Below are positions 54,986 to 64,000 of a stretch of DNA of 64,000 nt, piece by piece. The stretch covers positions 4,774,001 through 4,838,000 of the forward strand of contig UYFQ01000001.1 of the NCBI GenBank assembly GCA_900617105.1, read 5' to 3'. The notes below the pieces were generated by a model, which saw only the letters and a program-made list of their open reading frames with translations, ran no database searches and had not been told where the DNA came from. Numbering within the stretch: position 1 is the stretch's first letter; each line of letters starts with the position of its first letter. The translations under genes were made by a program, and so were the position numbers. This DNA comes from Hydrurus foetidus (lineage: Eukaryota).

Positions 54986-56107
54986 TTAGCCGCCGATGTA
55001 GCTCATCTCAACGCGCTTTTTGCCGTCGCCAATTTGCGTGTCAGCAGGCAGTGCGGCACGCAGTTCTGAATAGCGGTCGTCGCGCTTGTGCCAAATGTTG
55101 CCGACGGCGTTGGCTATCTGGCCATCACTGAACTCACCGCGAAGCAGGGCGCGCAAGTCGTGGCCTTGACTCGCGAAGAGGCATAAAAACAGCTTGCCTT
55201 CAGTCGACAGACGCGCGCGGTTGCAGTCGCCGCAAAACGCGTGGGTAACGCTGCTGATGACGCCAATTTCACCGCCACCATCCGCATAGCTCCAGCGCTC
55301 GGCCGTTTCGCCCAAATAGTTCGCATCAATTTCTGCTACAGGAAAGAGAGCACTGATGCGCTCAATTACTTGGGCTGACGGCAACACTTCATCCATGCGC
55401 CAGCCGTTAGTGGCGCCCACGTCCATGTATTCAATGAACCGCAGCACATTGCCTGAATGGCGAAAGTGCTTGGCCATCGGCAAAATTTCCTGGTCGTTTG
55501 TTCCACGTTTAACGACCATGTTGATTTTGATTGGCAGCAGCCCGACCTTGTTCGCTGCCTCAATGCCGCGCAGCACATCAGCCACCGGAAAATCCACATC
55601 GTTCATCTTGCGAAAAATCGCATCGTCCATCGCGTCCAGGCTGACGGTAACGCGCTGCAGGCCAGCGTCTTTCAGCGACTGAGCTTTTTTGGCCAGCAGC
55701 GATGCGTTGGTCGTCAGCGTGATGTCCAGCGGCTTGCCAGCCACCGTGGTCATCTTGGCCAGCATCTCAATCAATACTTCAAGGTTTTTACGAAGCAGCG
55801 GCTCACCGCCCGTGATACGAATTTTCTCGACCCCATGCGCGACAAAAACGCGTGCTAGCCGCGCAATCTCTTCAAAGCTTAGGAGCGATGTTTGCGGCAA
55901 GTACGCATAGTCTTTGTTGAACACCTCACTCGGCATGCAGTAGCTGCACCTGAAGTTGCAGCGGTCGGTGACGCTGATGCGAAGGTCACGCAACGGGCGG
56001 GCTAGGGTGTCAGTTAGCAGGCCTGTTGTCGGAAAGGGTTGTGCTGCCAGTTCAGCCGCGAGTCTGCTGGTCAGTTGATTGACGATGGGAATAATGCGGG
56101 CGGCCAT
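54986..56107 (-). CDS. moaA: GTP 3',8-cyclase
   Basis: [29 protein letters not shown]-terminal MSYIGG. Confidence 0.97.
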   Translation of the reverse strand: MAARIIPIVNQLTSRLAAELAAQPFPTTGLLTDTLARPLRDLRISVTDRCNFRCSYCMPSEVFNKDYAYLPQTSLLSFEEIARLARVFVAHGVEKIRITGGEPLLRKNLEVLIEMLAKMTTVAGKPLDITLTTNASLLAKKAQSLKDAGLQRVTVSLDAMDDAIFRKMNDVDFPVADVLRGIEAANKVGLLPIKINMVVKRGTNDQEILPMAKHFRHSGNVLRFIEYMDVGATNGWRMDEVLPSAQVIERISALFPVAEIDANYLGETAERWSYADGGGEIGVISSVTHAFCGDCNRARLSTEGKLFLCLFASQGHDLRALLRGEFSDGQIANAVGNIWHKRDDRYSELRAALPADTQIGDGKKRVEMSYIGG

Positions 56108-56132
56108 GGGAGTGAGCTTTTGACCAACCAGC

Positions 56133-56537
56133 TTACGCCAAAGCTGAAACAATATCGGTCTGCGCGAAGTCGTTGCCCTTGTATAAAAGTGGCAGGTTCA
56201 GCGATTTGGCCAGCGCATACGCGCAGCAGTCGCCAAAGTTAAGCGCAGCCGGGTGGCGGCCTTTGCCATACTGGGTGAATGCGGCTATCGCCAGCGTGGC
56301 GTGCGCTTGGGTAAAAGGCTCGATTTGAATTTGATACGTTTGTATCGACCGATCCACTCTGGTTTGAATATTTTTGTGCAGGGACACAATGCCCAGTTCA
56401 AGCCGCGTTGGCGCGCTCATCACCAGTTGCGCGCCGCTGGTCAGCACTGCTTCAAGCTTTTCGTACCCCACCTCGCCCAAACAACAAGCCAACACCGCAG
56501 AGGCATCTACTACCAGGCGATTAAGAGCGGTTTTCAA
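56133..56537 (-). CDS. vapC: VapC PIN-domain toxin
   Basis: [33 protein letters not shown]. Confidence 0.93.
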   Translation of the reverse strand: MKTALNRLVVDASAVLACCLGEVGYEKLEAVLTSGAQLVMSAPTRLELGIVSLHKNIQTRVDRSIQTYQIQIEPFTQAHATLAIAAFTQYGKGRHPAALNFGDCCAYALAKSLNLPLLYKGNDFAQTDIVSALA

Positions 56538-56809
56538 TCGAAGTAACCGAATTCGTTGTAACCCAGAATTTCGTCATCGGTACGCAGGTCTGGCTTCATT
56601 TCACACTGAATCTTTGCGCGAATTAAATCCATCGCCGCCTTTTTTTCTTCGGGCGTGGTGGCCTTTGGCACTTGCGCCAACTTTGCATCACGATATGCCT
56701 GCAAAGCGACGATGACTTGCTTATTCACAGAACGTTGGTTCGCCGCAGCATCCGCCTTCAAGAAGGCTTGAAGGTCGTCGGGCAGCTCTCTCACAGTCAT
56801 GGTGCTCAT
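56534..56809 (-). CDS. FitA/VapB-like ribbon-helix-helix antitoxin
   Basis: MTVRELPDDL..AAANQRSVNKQV; tail DEILGYNEFG; overlaps vapC. Confidence 0.88.
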   Translation of the reverse strand: MSTMTVRELPDDLQAFLKADAAANQRSVNKQVIVALQAYRDAKLAQVPKATTPEEKKAAMDLIRAKIQCEMKPDLRTDDEILGYNEFGYFD

Positions 56810-56864
56810 ATGAAACCCCTTTGCTTTCGAAATGCCATCATTATGCAGGCATTTCGAGTTTTAA

Positions 56865-57626
56865 TCAAACGCAGCGCGCCCCATCAACCTCAATACACAC
56901 GCCGCTGATAAAGTCCGCCTCGTCGCTGGCCAGGTACAGCGCCGCGTTAGCCACGTCCAGCGCCGTTGAAAAGCGGCCCAGCGGAATGCTGCTTCTGAAC
57001 TTCGCCAAGCGGCTCTCATCCATCGGCCCGCCTGCAAACTCGGCAGACAAGCCCGTTTCAGGGTTAAACACCGGGTTGATGCAGTTCACCCGAATGTTGT
57101 CTGGCCCCAGCTCGGCGGCCAAGGACTTGGAGGTGGTGATCACCGCACCCTTGCTGCCGTTGTACCAGGTCAAGCCCGGGCGAGGGCGCACGCCTGCGGT
57201 CGAGGCGATATTAATAAACACGCCGCCGCCATTGGCCTTGAAATGCGGCACAGCGTGAATGGTGCTGAGGTAAATGCTTTTGACATTGATGGCGTAGCAC
57301 TTGTCGAAGTCGTCCTCGCTAACGTCAAGTGCGGGCTGGTTGCGGTGCGTCCAGCCCGCGTTGTTGATCATCACGTCGAGCTTGCCGTGGCGTGTCATTG
57401 CTGCTTCGACCAGCGCTTTGACTTGCGCCGAGTTAGTCACATCCGCCTGAAAAAACGAAGCCACACCGCCCGCCTTAACAATGGCCGCCACAACTGCCTC
57501 GCCCATGGCCGCATTGATGTCATTGACGATGACGCTGGCCCCCTCGGCTGCCAGCCGCCGCGCGATGCCCTCGCCAATGCCGTTACCAGAGCCTGTGACG
57601 ATGATCGATTTGTTTTTTAGTCTCAT
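56865..57626 (-). CDS. SDR family oxidoreductase
   Basis: TGSGNGIG, NNAG, YNGSK. Confidence 0.95.
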   Translation of the reverse strand: MRLKNKSIIVTGSGNGIGEGIARRLAAEGASVIVNDINAAMGEAVVAAIVKAGGVASFFQADVTNSAQVKALVEAAMTRHGKLDVMINNAGWTHRNQPALDVSEDDFDKCYAINVKSIYLSTIHAVPHFKANGGGVFINIASTAGVRPRPGLTWYNGSKGAVITTSKSLAAELGPDNIRVNCINPVFNPETGLSAEFAGGPMDESRLAKFRSSIPLGRFSTALDVANAALYLASDEADFISGVCIEVDGARCV

Positions 57627-57642
57627 GATGTTTTTTTAGTGC

Positions 57643-57681
57643 GCTATTAAATCAGGAGCTGCTAGCGCCCGTGTATGCTGG
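57643..57681 (+). repeat. Family R motif
   Basis: GCTATTAAATCAGGAGCTGCTAGCGCCCGTGTATGCTGG. Confidence 0.88.
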
Positions 57682-57697
57682 TTTTTGCGTATTTATG

Positions 57698-57811
57698 GCA
57701 TTACTCCCTCTCCCTCCGGGAGAGGGCAGGGGTGAGGGCAGGCGCGGAGACACTGCCGGTATCGTCCGTGCCCCCATCCCTATCCTCCCCCGCAAGGGGA
57801 AGGAGTAATGC
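57698..57811. repeat. Family P palindrome pair, intergenic
   Basis: GCATTACTCCCTCTCCCTCCGGGAGAGGGCAGGGGTGAGGG..CCCCCGCAAGGGGAAGGAGTAATGC with complementary ends. Confidence 0.9.
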
Positions 57812-57822
57812 GGTTTCAATCA

Positions 57823-58029
57823 TCAAAATCGATCAGGCTCAAAGTCTATATCTGAACTGCTCAACCCCTTGGCAATGCCGCGATACGCAGACGTGGGCAG
57901 CGCGGTTGGCAGATCAGACGGATTGCCCCGCTTCACCCGGGCGCGCAACTGCAAGCCGTCTTTAAATTTAGGCCCCTGGATTAGCAGCCAATCTTTGGGG
58001 TTGGTAATTGGAGGCTGTGGAAGTTTCAT
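57823..58029 (-). CDS. Small hypothetical protein or antitoxin-like fragment
   Basis: 68-aa ORF between repeats; tail YRGIAKGLSSSDIDFEPDRF resembles antitoxin tails. Confidence 0.35.
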   Translation of the reverse strand: MKLPQPPITNPKDWLLIQGPKFKDGLQLRARVKRGNPSDLPTALPTSAYRGIAKGLSSSDIDFEPDRF

Positions 58030-58035
58030 AAAAAT

Positions 58036-58082
58036 GCTATCTAATTCGGAGCTGACTGCGCCCGTATTTGTTGGGCTTGAGG
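58036..58082 (+). repeat. Family R motif
   Basis: GCTATCTAATTCGGAGCTGACTGCGCCCGTATTTGTTGGGCTTGAGG. Confidence 0.85.
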
Positions 58083-58261
58083 TTAATAGAGTTAGGTAGT
58101 TTGATGAATATGCAAGATTTCTAGCGGACTCTTATTTTTCACAAGATTTGCTTTGCGAATTCCAGCGACCACCTGCGTCCAAACAACGATCCACCTCATC
58201 GAAAAACATGCACCCAGACAAAGCCAGAGCGATAACCAAGCAGGTCGCGAGATGTAGCCAA

Positions 58262-59695
58262 TTACCCATGCTTCACCGCCACAGTCTTCAAAACAGTAAA
58301 CCCAAGCAAAGCCTCAAACCCCTTCTCCCGCCCGTACCCAGACGACTTCACGCCGCCAAACGGCAGCTCCACCCCACCGCCAGCGCCGTAGTTGTTGATA
58401 AAAACCTGGCCGGCACGCACCTTTTTGGCCATACGGAACTGGCGTGCGCCGTCTTGCGTCCATACGCCCGCGACCAGGCCGAATGGCGTGGCGTTGGCCA
58501 ACACAATCGCGTGGGCTTCGTCTCTAAATGGCATCGCACACAGCACCGGGCCAAACACTTCTTCTTGCGCCAGGCGGTGCATCACCGGCACGTCGCGCAG
58601 CAGGGTAGGCGCTTGGTAAAAACCGGTGTCTGGTGCTTCGTCAACTATCTGGCCTTGCGCCACCATCGGTATGCCTGCAACCTGAGCGTCGCTTAAAAAG
58701 TCCCACACGCGCTGCTGCTGGCTTTGGCGGATGAGGGGGCCCACGTCGAGGTCCATCGCAGCGGGGCCGACGCGCAGGGCTTCGAACGCTGCACCCAAGC
58801 GCTCTAACAACGGCTCGTAAATACTTTGCTCTACCAACAAGCGTGAGCCTGCGGAGCAGGTCTGCCCAGCGTTTTGCACGATGGCGTTGATGATGGTGGG
58901 TATGGCTTCGTCCAAATTCGCATCTGCAAACACGATTTGCGGGCTTTTGCCGCCCAGCTCCAGCGTGACCGGGCAGTGGCGCACGGCGGCGACTTGCTGG
59001 ATTAACGTGCCAACCGACGGGCTGCCGGTGAAGCTGATGTGGTCGATGCCTGCGTGCCGCGCCAGCGCGTCGCCCACCTCGTGGCCGTAGCCTGTCACGA
59101 TGTTGATCGCCCCCGCCGGAAAGCCGACTTCAGCCGCCAGTTGCGCGATGCGAATCAATGACAAACAAGCGTCTTCACTCGGCTTGACCACGCACACATT
59201 GCCCGCGGCCAGTGCACCGCCCACGCTGCGGCCAAAAATCTGCATGGGGTAGTTCCACGGAATGATGTGGCCTGTGACGCCATGCGGCTCGCGCCAAGTC
59301 ATCACGCTGTAGCCGTTCAGGTACGGAAGGGTGTCGCCATGCAGCTTGTCGCAGGCGCCTGCGTAAAACTCAAAGTAGCGGGCCAAAGCTGCGGCATCAG
59401 CCTTCGCTTGTTTGGCGGGCTTGCCGCAATCGCGCTGCTCCAGCAAAGCCAGCTCGTCGGCCTGCTCGGTAATTTTGTTCGACAGCTTCATGAGCATCCG
59501 CCCACGTTCAGCGGCGGTGATGTGCTGCCACACCAGGTCAAAGCAGTCGCGCGCGGCCATGACCGCCTGGTGAATGTCAGCCGCATTGCTGCGCTGAATC
59601 TGGTCAAACACCTGCCCGTCTGACGGGTCAATGACCTGAATGGTTTTGCCGGAAGAGGAGGCGACTGGCGCGTTGGCGATGTAGTTAAGTTGCAT
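58262..59695 (-). CDS. Aldehyde dehydrogenase
   Basis: IPWNYP, SFTGS, LELGGKSP, GQTCSA, EEVFGP, PFGGVKSSG. Confidence 0.96.
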   Translation of the reverse strand: MQLNYIANAPVASSSGKTIQVIDPSDGQVFDQIQRSNAADIHQAVMAARDCFDLVWQHITAAERGRMLMKLSNKITEQADELALLEQRDCGKPAKQAKADAAALARYFEFYAGACDKLHGDTLPYLNGYSVMTWREPHGVTGHIIPWNYPMQIFGRSVGGALAAGNVCVVKPSEDACLSLIRIAQLAAEVGFPAGAINIVTGYGHEVGDALARHAGIDHISFTGSPSVGTLIQQVAAVRHCPVTLELGGKSPQIVFADANLDEAIPTIINAIVQNAGQTCSAGSRLLVEQSIYEPLLERLGAAFEALRVGPAAMDLDVGPLIRQSQQQRVWDFLSDAQVAGIPMVAQGQIVDEAPDTGFYQAPTLLRDVPVMHRLAQEEVFGPVLCAMPFRDEAHAIVLANATPFGLVAGVWTQDGARQFRMAKKVRAGQVFINNYGAGGGVELPFGGVKSSGYGREKGFEALLGFTVLKTVAVKHG

Positions 59696-59760
59696 GGACT
59701 TATTTTGCTTCAAAAAGCTTAAAACAGTCTGTTTCTGGCTGTTTTTGAGTATTAAATAGG

Positions 59761-59807
59761 GCTGTAGGCCAATTGATATGGGCGCAAGACGCTCCTCAAA
59801 TAATAGC
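59761..59807 (-). repeat. Family R motif
   Basis: GCTGTAGGCCAATTGATATGGGCGCAAGACGCTCCTCAAATAATAGC. Confidence 0.82.
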
Positions 59808-59809
59808 GG

Positions 59810-60238
59810 CTAGGTGTTGCTCACCTGAAGTCCTAGCGCCTCTGCAGCCGCATTCAACTGCTTGTCAAAGCAGCAAAACATCAGATTACTACCTAACTGC
59901 CTGTGTAGGAGATGCACGCTGGCCAGTTGCACGCTGTCATATGCGCGCAGTCCAAAGCGCACCGCCAGCTCGCTTGCGTCCTGCACCAGCGCGGTGTCAA
60001 TGGTCAATTTGTTAAAGCTGCTCCATTCGTTTGTCAATCGCACCAAGCCGGCTCTTACCTCGGCTTGTGTAATCTGAGAGGTTCGTTCTTTCAAAGCAAA
60101 AGCCGCATGCATCTCAACCCATGTGATCAGACTGACATAGCTATGGGAGGCTTTTTTGAGCCATGTGCGCACCTCATGACTGTGCTGTTCACTCGCGTAG
60201 GCTTTCATCAGCGCTGATGTGTCACAAAACAAAATCAC
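59810..60238 (-). CDS. vapC: VapC PIN-domain toxin
   Basis: FCDTSALMKAY, LRAYDSVQLAS, FCCFDKQL. Confidence 0.92.
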   Translation of the reverse strand: MILFCDTSALMKAYASEQHSHEVRTWLKKASHSYVSLITWVEMHAAFALKERTSQITQAEVRAGLVRLTNEWSSFNKLTIDTALVQDASELAVRFGLRAYDSVQLASVHLLHRQLGSNLMFCCFDKQLNAAAEALGLQVSNT

Positions 60239-60540
60239 CGAGGGCCCCGCATCTCCATCACCAGCTCACTCATGGTTTGGCCGTTAGGGCCGGGCAGGAA
60301 ATCAATCAACTCGCCCAGGCGCATAGGCTGGGAAGCTGGTACGCACACCATCCCCGAATCTCTTAATTTTTGCATGGCTTCTTCGTCTGTCATCTCTGCT
60401 TGAGCAGACGCTTCGGCTCTGGGCGCAACCAGCTCTGCCACCACTTTGCGGTGTGAAGTGATTTGAACCACCTCACCCCGGCGCATGCGTGCAATCGCTT
60501 GTGCAGGGTTGGCTTTTAACTCGCGGATGGAGACTTGCAT
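60235..60540 (-). CDS. Phd/YefM family antitoxin
   Basis: VSIRELKAN..GEVVQITSHRKVVAEL; overlaps vapC. Confidence 0.92.
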   Translation of the reverse strand: MQVSIRELKANPAQAIARMRRGEVVQITSHRKVVAELVAPRAEASAQAEMTDEEAMQKLRDSGMVCVPASQPMRLGELIDFLPGPNGQTMSELVMEMRGPR

Positions 60541-60557
60541 GGCGGACTCTGTATTTT

Positions 60558-60606
60558 AAAAAGTGGTCACATTTTACATATTTGGCTGAAATAGTGGTCA
60601 TATTTT
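60558..60606. promoter_or_regulatory. Tandem imperfect palindromes, likely TA autoregulatory operators
   Basis: AAAAGTGGTCACATTTT and AATAGTGGTCATATTTT upstream of the antitoxin. Confidence 0.55.
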
Positions 60607-60655
60607 AACCGGCTGTAGGCCGCAGACGATGTTTCAATAATAGGCAGGTGCAACC

Positions 60656-61007
60656 ATGAAAACAGTGATTCTTGAAGTTAGCTCCCCTGAAGATTCCATG
60701 GCCAGCTTTGTGAAGTCATGGAAGTCTGGCAAGGCAGAGCGCAACACGCGAATTGCCTTCGCTACGCCTGAGCTGCTTTGGCAAGTATTGACGGCCAAGC
60801 GCTGGGAACTGCTCAAAGCGCTGTGCGGCGCTGGCCCCATATCCATACGTGAAGCCGCCCGCTGGGTTCAGCGTGACGTGAAAGCGGTACACGCAGACAG
60901 ACATTTCCGCGCTGCTCAACGCTGGCATGATTGACCGTCACGAAGGCGGCGGGATTGTTTTTCCGTTTGAGGCGGTCAAGGTTGAATTTTTGATTGAGGC
61001 GGCTTGA
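60656..61007 (+). pseudogene. HVO_A0114-like HTH antitoxin/regulator, frameshifted
   Basis: LTAKRWELL..SIREAAR..RDVKAVH; a 4-bp AGAC duplication near 60895-60902 shifts the frame; removing it gives DISALLNAGMID..FPFEAVKVEFLIEAA*. Confidence 0.85.
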
Positions 61008-61096
61008 GCAGAGATTCGGGTGGGGCCATGAATCCCGGATGGGCTCTGGAAGGACCATTAGGGGGAAAAAATAGCCATTTTTATCCCTAAAATTCG

Positions 61097-61143
61097 GCGC
61101 TAGACCAATAAAGACGGGCGCAAGCAGCTCCTAAATTGATAGT
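61097..61143 (-). repeat. Family R motif
   Basis: GCGCTAGACCAATAAAGACGGGCGCAAGCAGCTCCTAAATTGATAGT. Confidence 0.88.
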
Positions 61144-61458
61144 TCCTAGACGGTTAGAGCCGGTTGCTATTGAAGCAAAGCATCTCGCATGCCACGTATT
61201 GGCGTTGCTAAGCCGTATTTGGCAAGCTATAGTCAAAGTAAGGGGGTGTCAGATGCAGTTGCTCTGGTCTGGAGCGCGTAGGTAACTGCCAAAATCAGAT
61301 TCCCGGGTTCTACGGAAGGTTGATACACGCCGACTAAACAGTACGATACCTTTGTAGCCAACAAGCAAGCCAGTTTCAGGAGATTTTGATGTCCAGATTA
61401 TGTTGCAGAGCAATTTTTATACCGCAGGTTTTGCGGTATATATTGCATTAGAAACTCT

Positions 61459-61686
61459 ATGGCTTGTGAAAATGATCCGCACGATTTGAGCAGTAAAACG
61501 GATGAAGAGTTATGCCAGTGGATCGCAGGCTGGAATGACCAAAGAGGCATCGGTTATCGCATTCTTGGTCAACAGGAACTTGAACGGCGCCAACGGCGGC
61601 CGGATGCAATGCGATCTTGGCTTGCAATTTGCATCTCCATTTTTGCCTTAATAGTTTCCATCTGGCTTCACTTTTTCTCAAAATGA
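61459..61686 (+). CDS. Cassette 1: small protein with C-terminal TM segment
   Basis: ATG just after the core site; hydrophobic tail WLAICISIFALIVSIWLHFF. Confidence 0.65.
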   Translation: MACENDPHDLSSKTDEELCQWIAGWNDQRGIGYRILGQQELERRQRRPDAMRSWLAICISIFALIVSIWLHFFSK

Positions 61687-61710
61687 AGCAGCAGGCAGAA
61701 CTCGAGCTTT

Positions 61711-61762
61711 TTTCTAATCCGGCAGTCAAGCGGACTGCCGTCGAAACTAACTTATCTTAGGC
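61711..61762 (+). other. attC-like site 1 (degenerate)
   Basis: TTTCTAATCCGGCAGTCAAGCGGACTGCC..CTTAGGC. Confidence 0.65.
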
Positions 61763-61777
61763 GTTTTGCCCCACAAA

Positions 61778-62170
61778 ATGCACCTTCGCCGCTCTTTGTT
61801 CCCTTTCGCAGCCGTCCTGTTTCTAGCCTTGCCGGCAGCCTATGGTCAGCCGAATCAAAATGCGCTGTTTCAACGAGCACTGAAGGCGACAAGTTGCGAG
61901 CAGATTCCAAACAACGGTCGATACTGCAAGTACGAATTTGTAAACGTACTTACTGTCGGAATCAAGGATGTAGGTGGAAACGATACTGTGATTGGCTTTA
62001 ACAACTCCAGCATCAAGAATGAGCTATACGCAGTTCTCTACTTCGGCTGCATCGTCGTAGTTCCCGGAAATACTCATCCCCGAAACTACGACAGAGAATA
62101 CGGCGTACACATTTCACCCAAAACGGGGCTTGTGTACAAAACTTCGGCTGAATGCCGCGCTTCACTGTAG
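61778..62170 (+). CDS. Cassette 2: exported Cys-containing hypothetical protein
   Basis: Signal peptide, four Cys. Confidence 0.75.
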   Translation: MHLRRSLFPFAAVLFLALPAAYGQPNQNALFQRALKATSCEQIPNNGRYCKYEFVNVLTVGIKDVGGNDTVIGFNNSSIKNELYAVLYFGCIVVVPGNTHPRNYDREYGVHISPKTGLVYKTSAECRASL

Positions 62171-62184
62171 CCGCCGCCTGTGAA

Positions 62185-62223
62185 GCCTAAACCCCTCGCT
62201 CAAGCGCAGCGCCAACGTTAGAT
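62185..62223 (+). other. attC-like site 2 (internally deleted)
   Basis: GCCTAAACCCCTCGCTCAAGCGCAGCGCCAACGTTAGAT; left arm fused directly to the right core. Confidence 0.75.
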
Positions 62224-62229
62224 TTGTTC

Positions 62230-62811
62230 ATGCCGTCCAGTGAATATGTACGCATCGACACAGCCGAGGACGCGGTATCGTCACTTGAGCTGGCCGCAGA
62301 TTTCCTCGAACGCGCCGCCGTCGACGATCGGTATTGGAAGTGGTTCGTGGTTGCCCTCCACGCTGGTATCCAGAGCCTGTTCGCGCTTACGCTAGAAGCA
62401 GGCAATGGATTTCTGGTTCAAAAGCCGGGTGTAATGCGCGCAATTCTTGCAGCGCACGAGTCTGGTGAAGATGCTCCGCTGCCACACATGGACAACTTCT
62501 TAAAGCTCTACAAAAAGGTTCAGCGGGCGGAGAACCTACGAAACGTCGACTGTTTGCCGATTGATTCTTCGCCAGCGCGTGACCGCGACCACAAGTCATT
62601 AGACGATCTTCGAGACAGCTTTCTCCACTTCAACACAAAGTCGTGGAGCATTGAGCGAGAGCTGATTCTCGAAAGCGCTCGAGGTTGCACGGAAGTTGCT
62701 GAATTTATCGTCAGCAGAAGCAGGGCGATTTTTTGGCACCAAGAGTATCACCAACAACGTACCATCGTCGCTCTTCAGAGCTTGCATTCACTACTCCACG
62801 ACCAAATCTAA
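62230..62811 (+). CDS. Cassette 3: possible HEPN-domain protein
   Basis: Apparently helical protein with Rx4H motif LRDSFLH; stop codon lies within ATCTAAC. Confidence 0.7.
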   Translation: MPSSEYVRIDTAEDAVSSLELAADFLERAAVDDRYWKWFVVALHAGIQSLFALTLEAGNGFLVQKPGVMRAILAAHESGEDAPLPHMDNFLKLYKKVQRAENLRNVDCLPIDSSPARDRDHKSLDDLRDSFLHFNTKSWSIERELILESARGCTEVAEFIVSRSRAIFWHQEYHQQRTIVALQSLHSLLHDQI

Positions 62812-62839
62812 CTCATCCATTGAGGGATGCACAAAAGGC
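62806..62839 (+). other. attC-like site 3, left half, cut by IS3
   Basis: ATCTAACTCATCCATTGAGGGATGCACAAAAGGC immediately followed by the IS end TGTATTGGTC. Confidence 0.75.
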
Positions 62840-62847
62840 TGTATTGG

Positions 62848-64000
<1,153 letters not shown>

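Larger units (their letters stand above)
61447..62839 (+). mobile_element. Degenerate integron gene-cassette array (three cassettes, no intI in window)
   Basis: Each ORF is bracketed by complementary core sites: ATTAGAAA/TTTCTAAT, TTAGGC/GCCTAA, GTTAGAT/ATCTAAC; attC-like left arms follow each. Confidence 0.82.

Noticed and set aside
5206..61143. Family R copies as a CRISPR array
   Set aside because: Dispersed kilobases apart, degenerate, no regular spacers and no cas genes.
61141..61440. Remnant intI coding sequence
   Set aside because: I could not read a convincing IntI peptide here; needs tBLASTn.

Overview
A 64-kb chromosomal segment from a betaproteobacterium. Gene order and protein sequences suggest Comamonadaceae, Polaromonas-like (inference). 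The backbone is housekeeping: smc(3' part)-zipA-ligA, def, glnD-map, purL, ffs-dnaX-ybaB-recR, mltD-gloB-methyltransferase-rnhA, an RND pump and moaA-mobA, plus a MarR/TRAP/gentisate catabolic cluster. Accessory DNA includes several toxin-antitoxin loci, a decayed island (IS3, broken PLD-SNF2 helicase, tyrosine integrase, tRNA-Pro 3' att remnant) and a decayed integron cassette array interrupted by a second IS3. The best candidate for an undescribed system is 22884-27511: three paralogous soluble proteins sharing a gaplessly alignable 62-aa winged-helix-like domain, directly upstream of a DTK-motif rhodopsin lacking the proteorhodopsin His, followed by crtY and blh. This may be a light-sensing module with its own transducers. 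Two dispersed repeat families also stand out: a ~45-50 bp motif (17 copies seen, 4 inside ORFs) and a CCCTCTCCC/GGGAGAGGG palindrome inserted in frame in ligA and purL. All calls come from reading the sequence; no searches were run.
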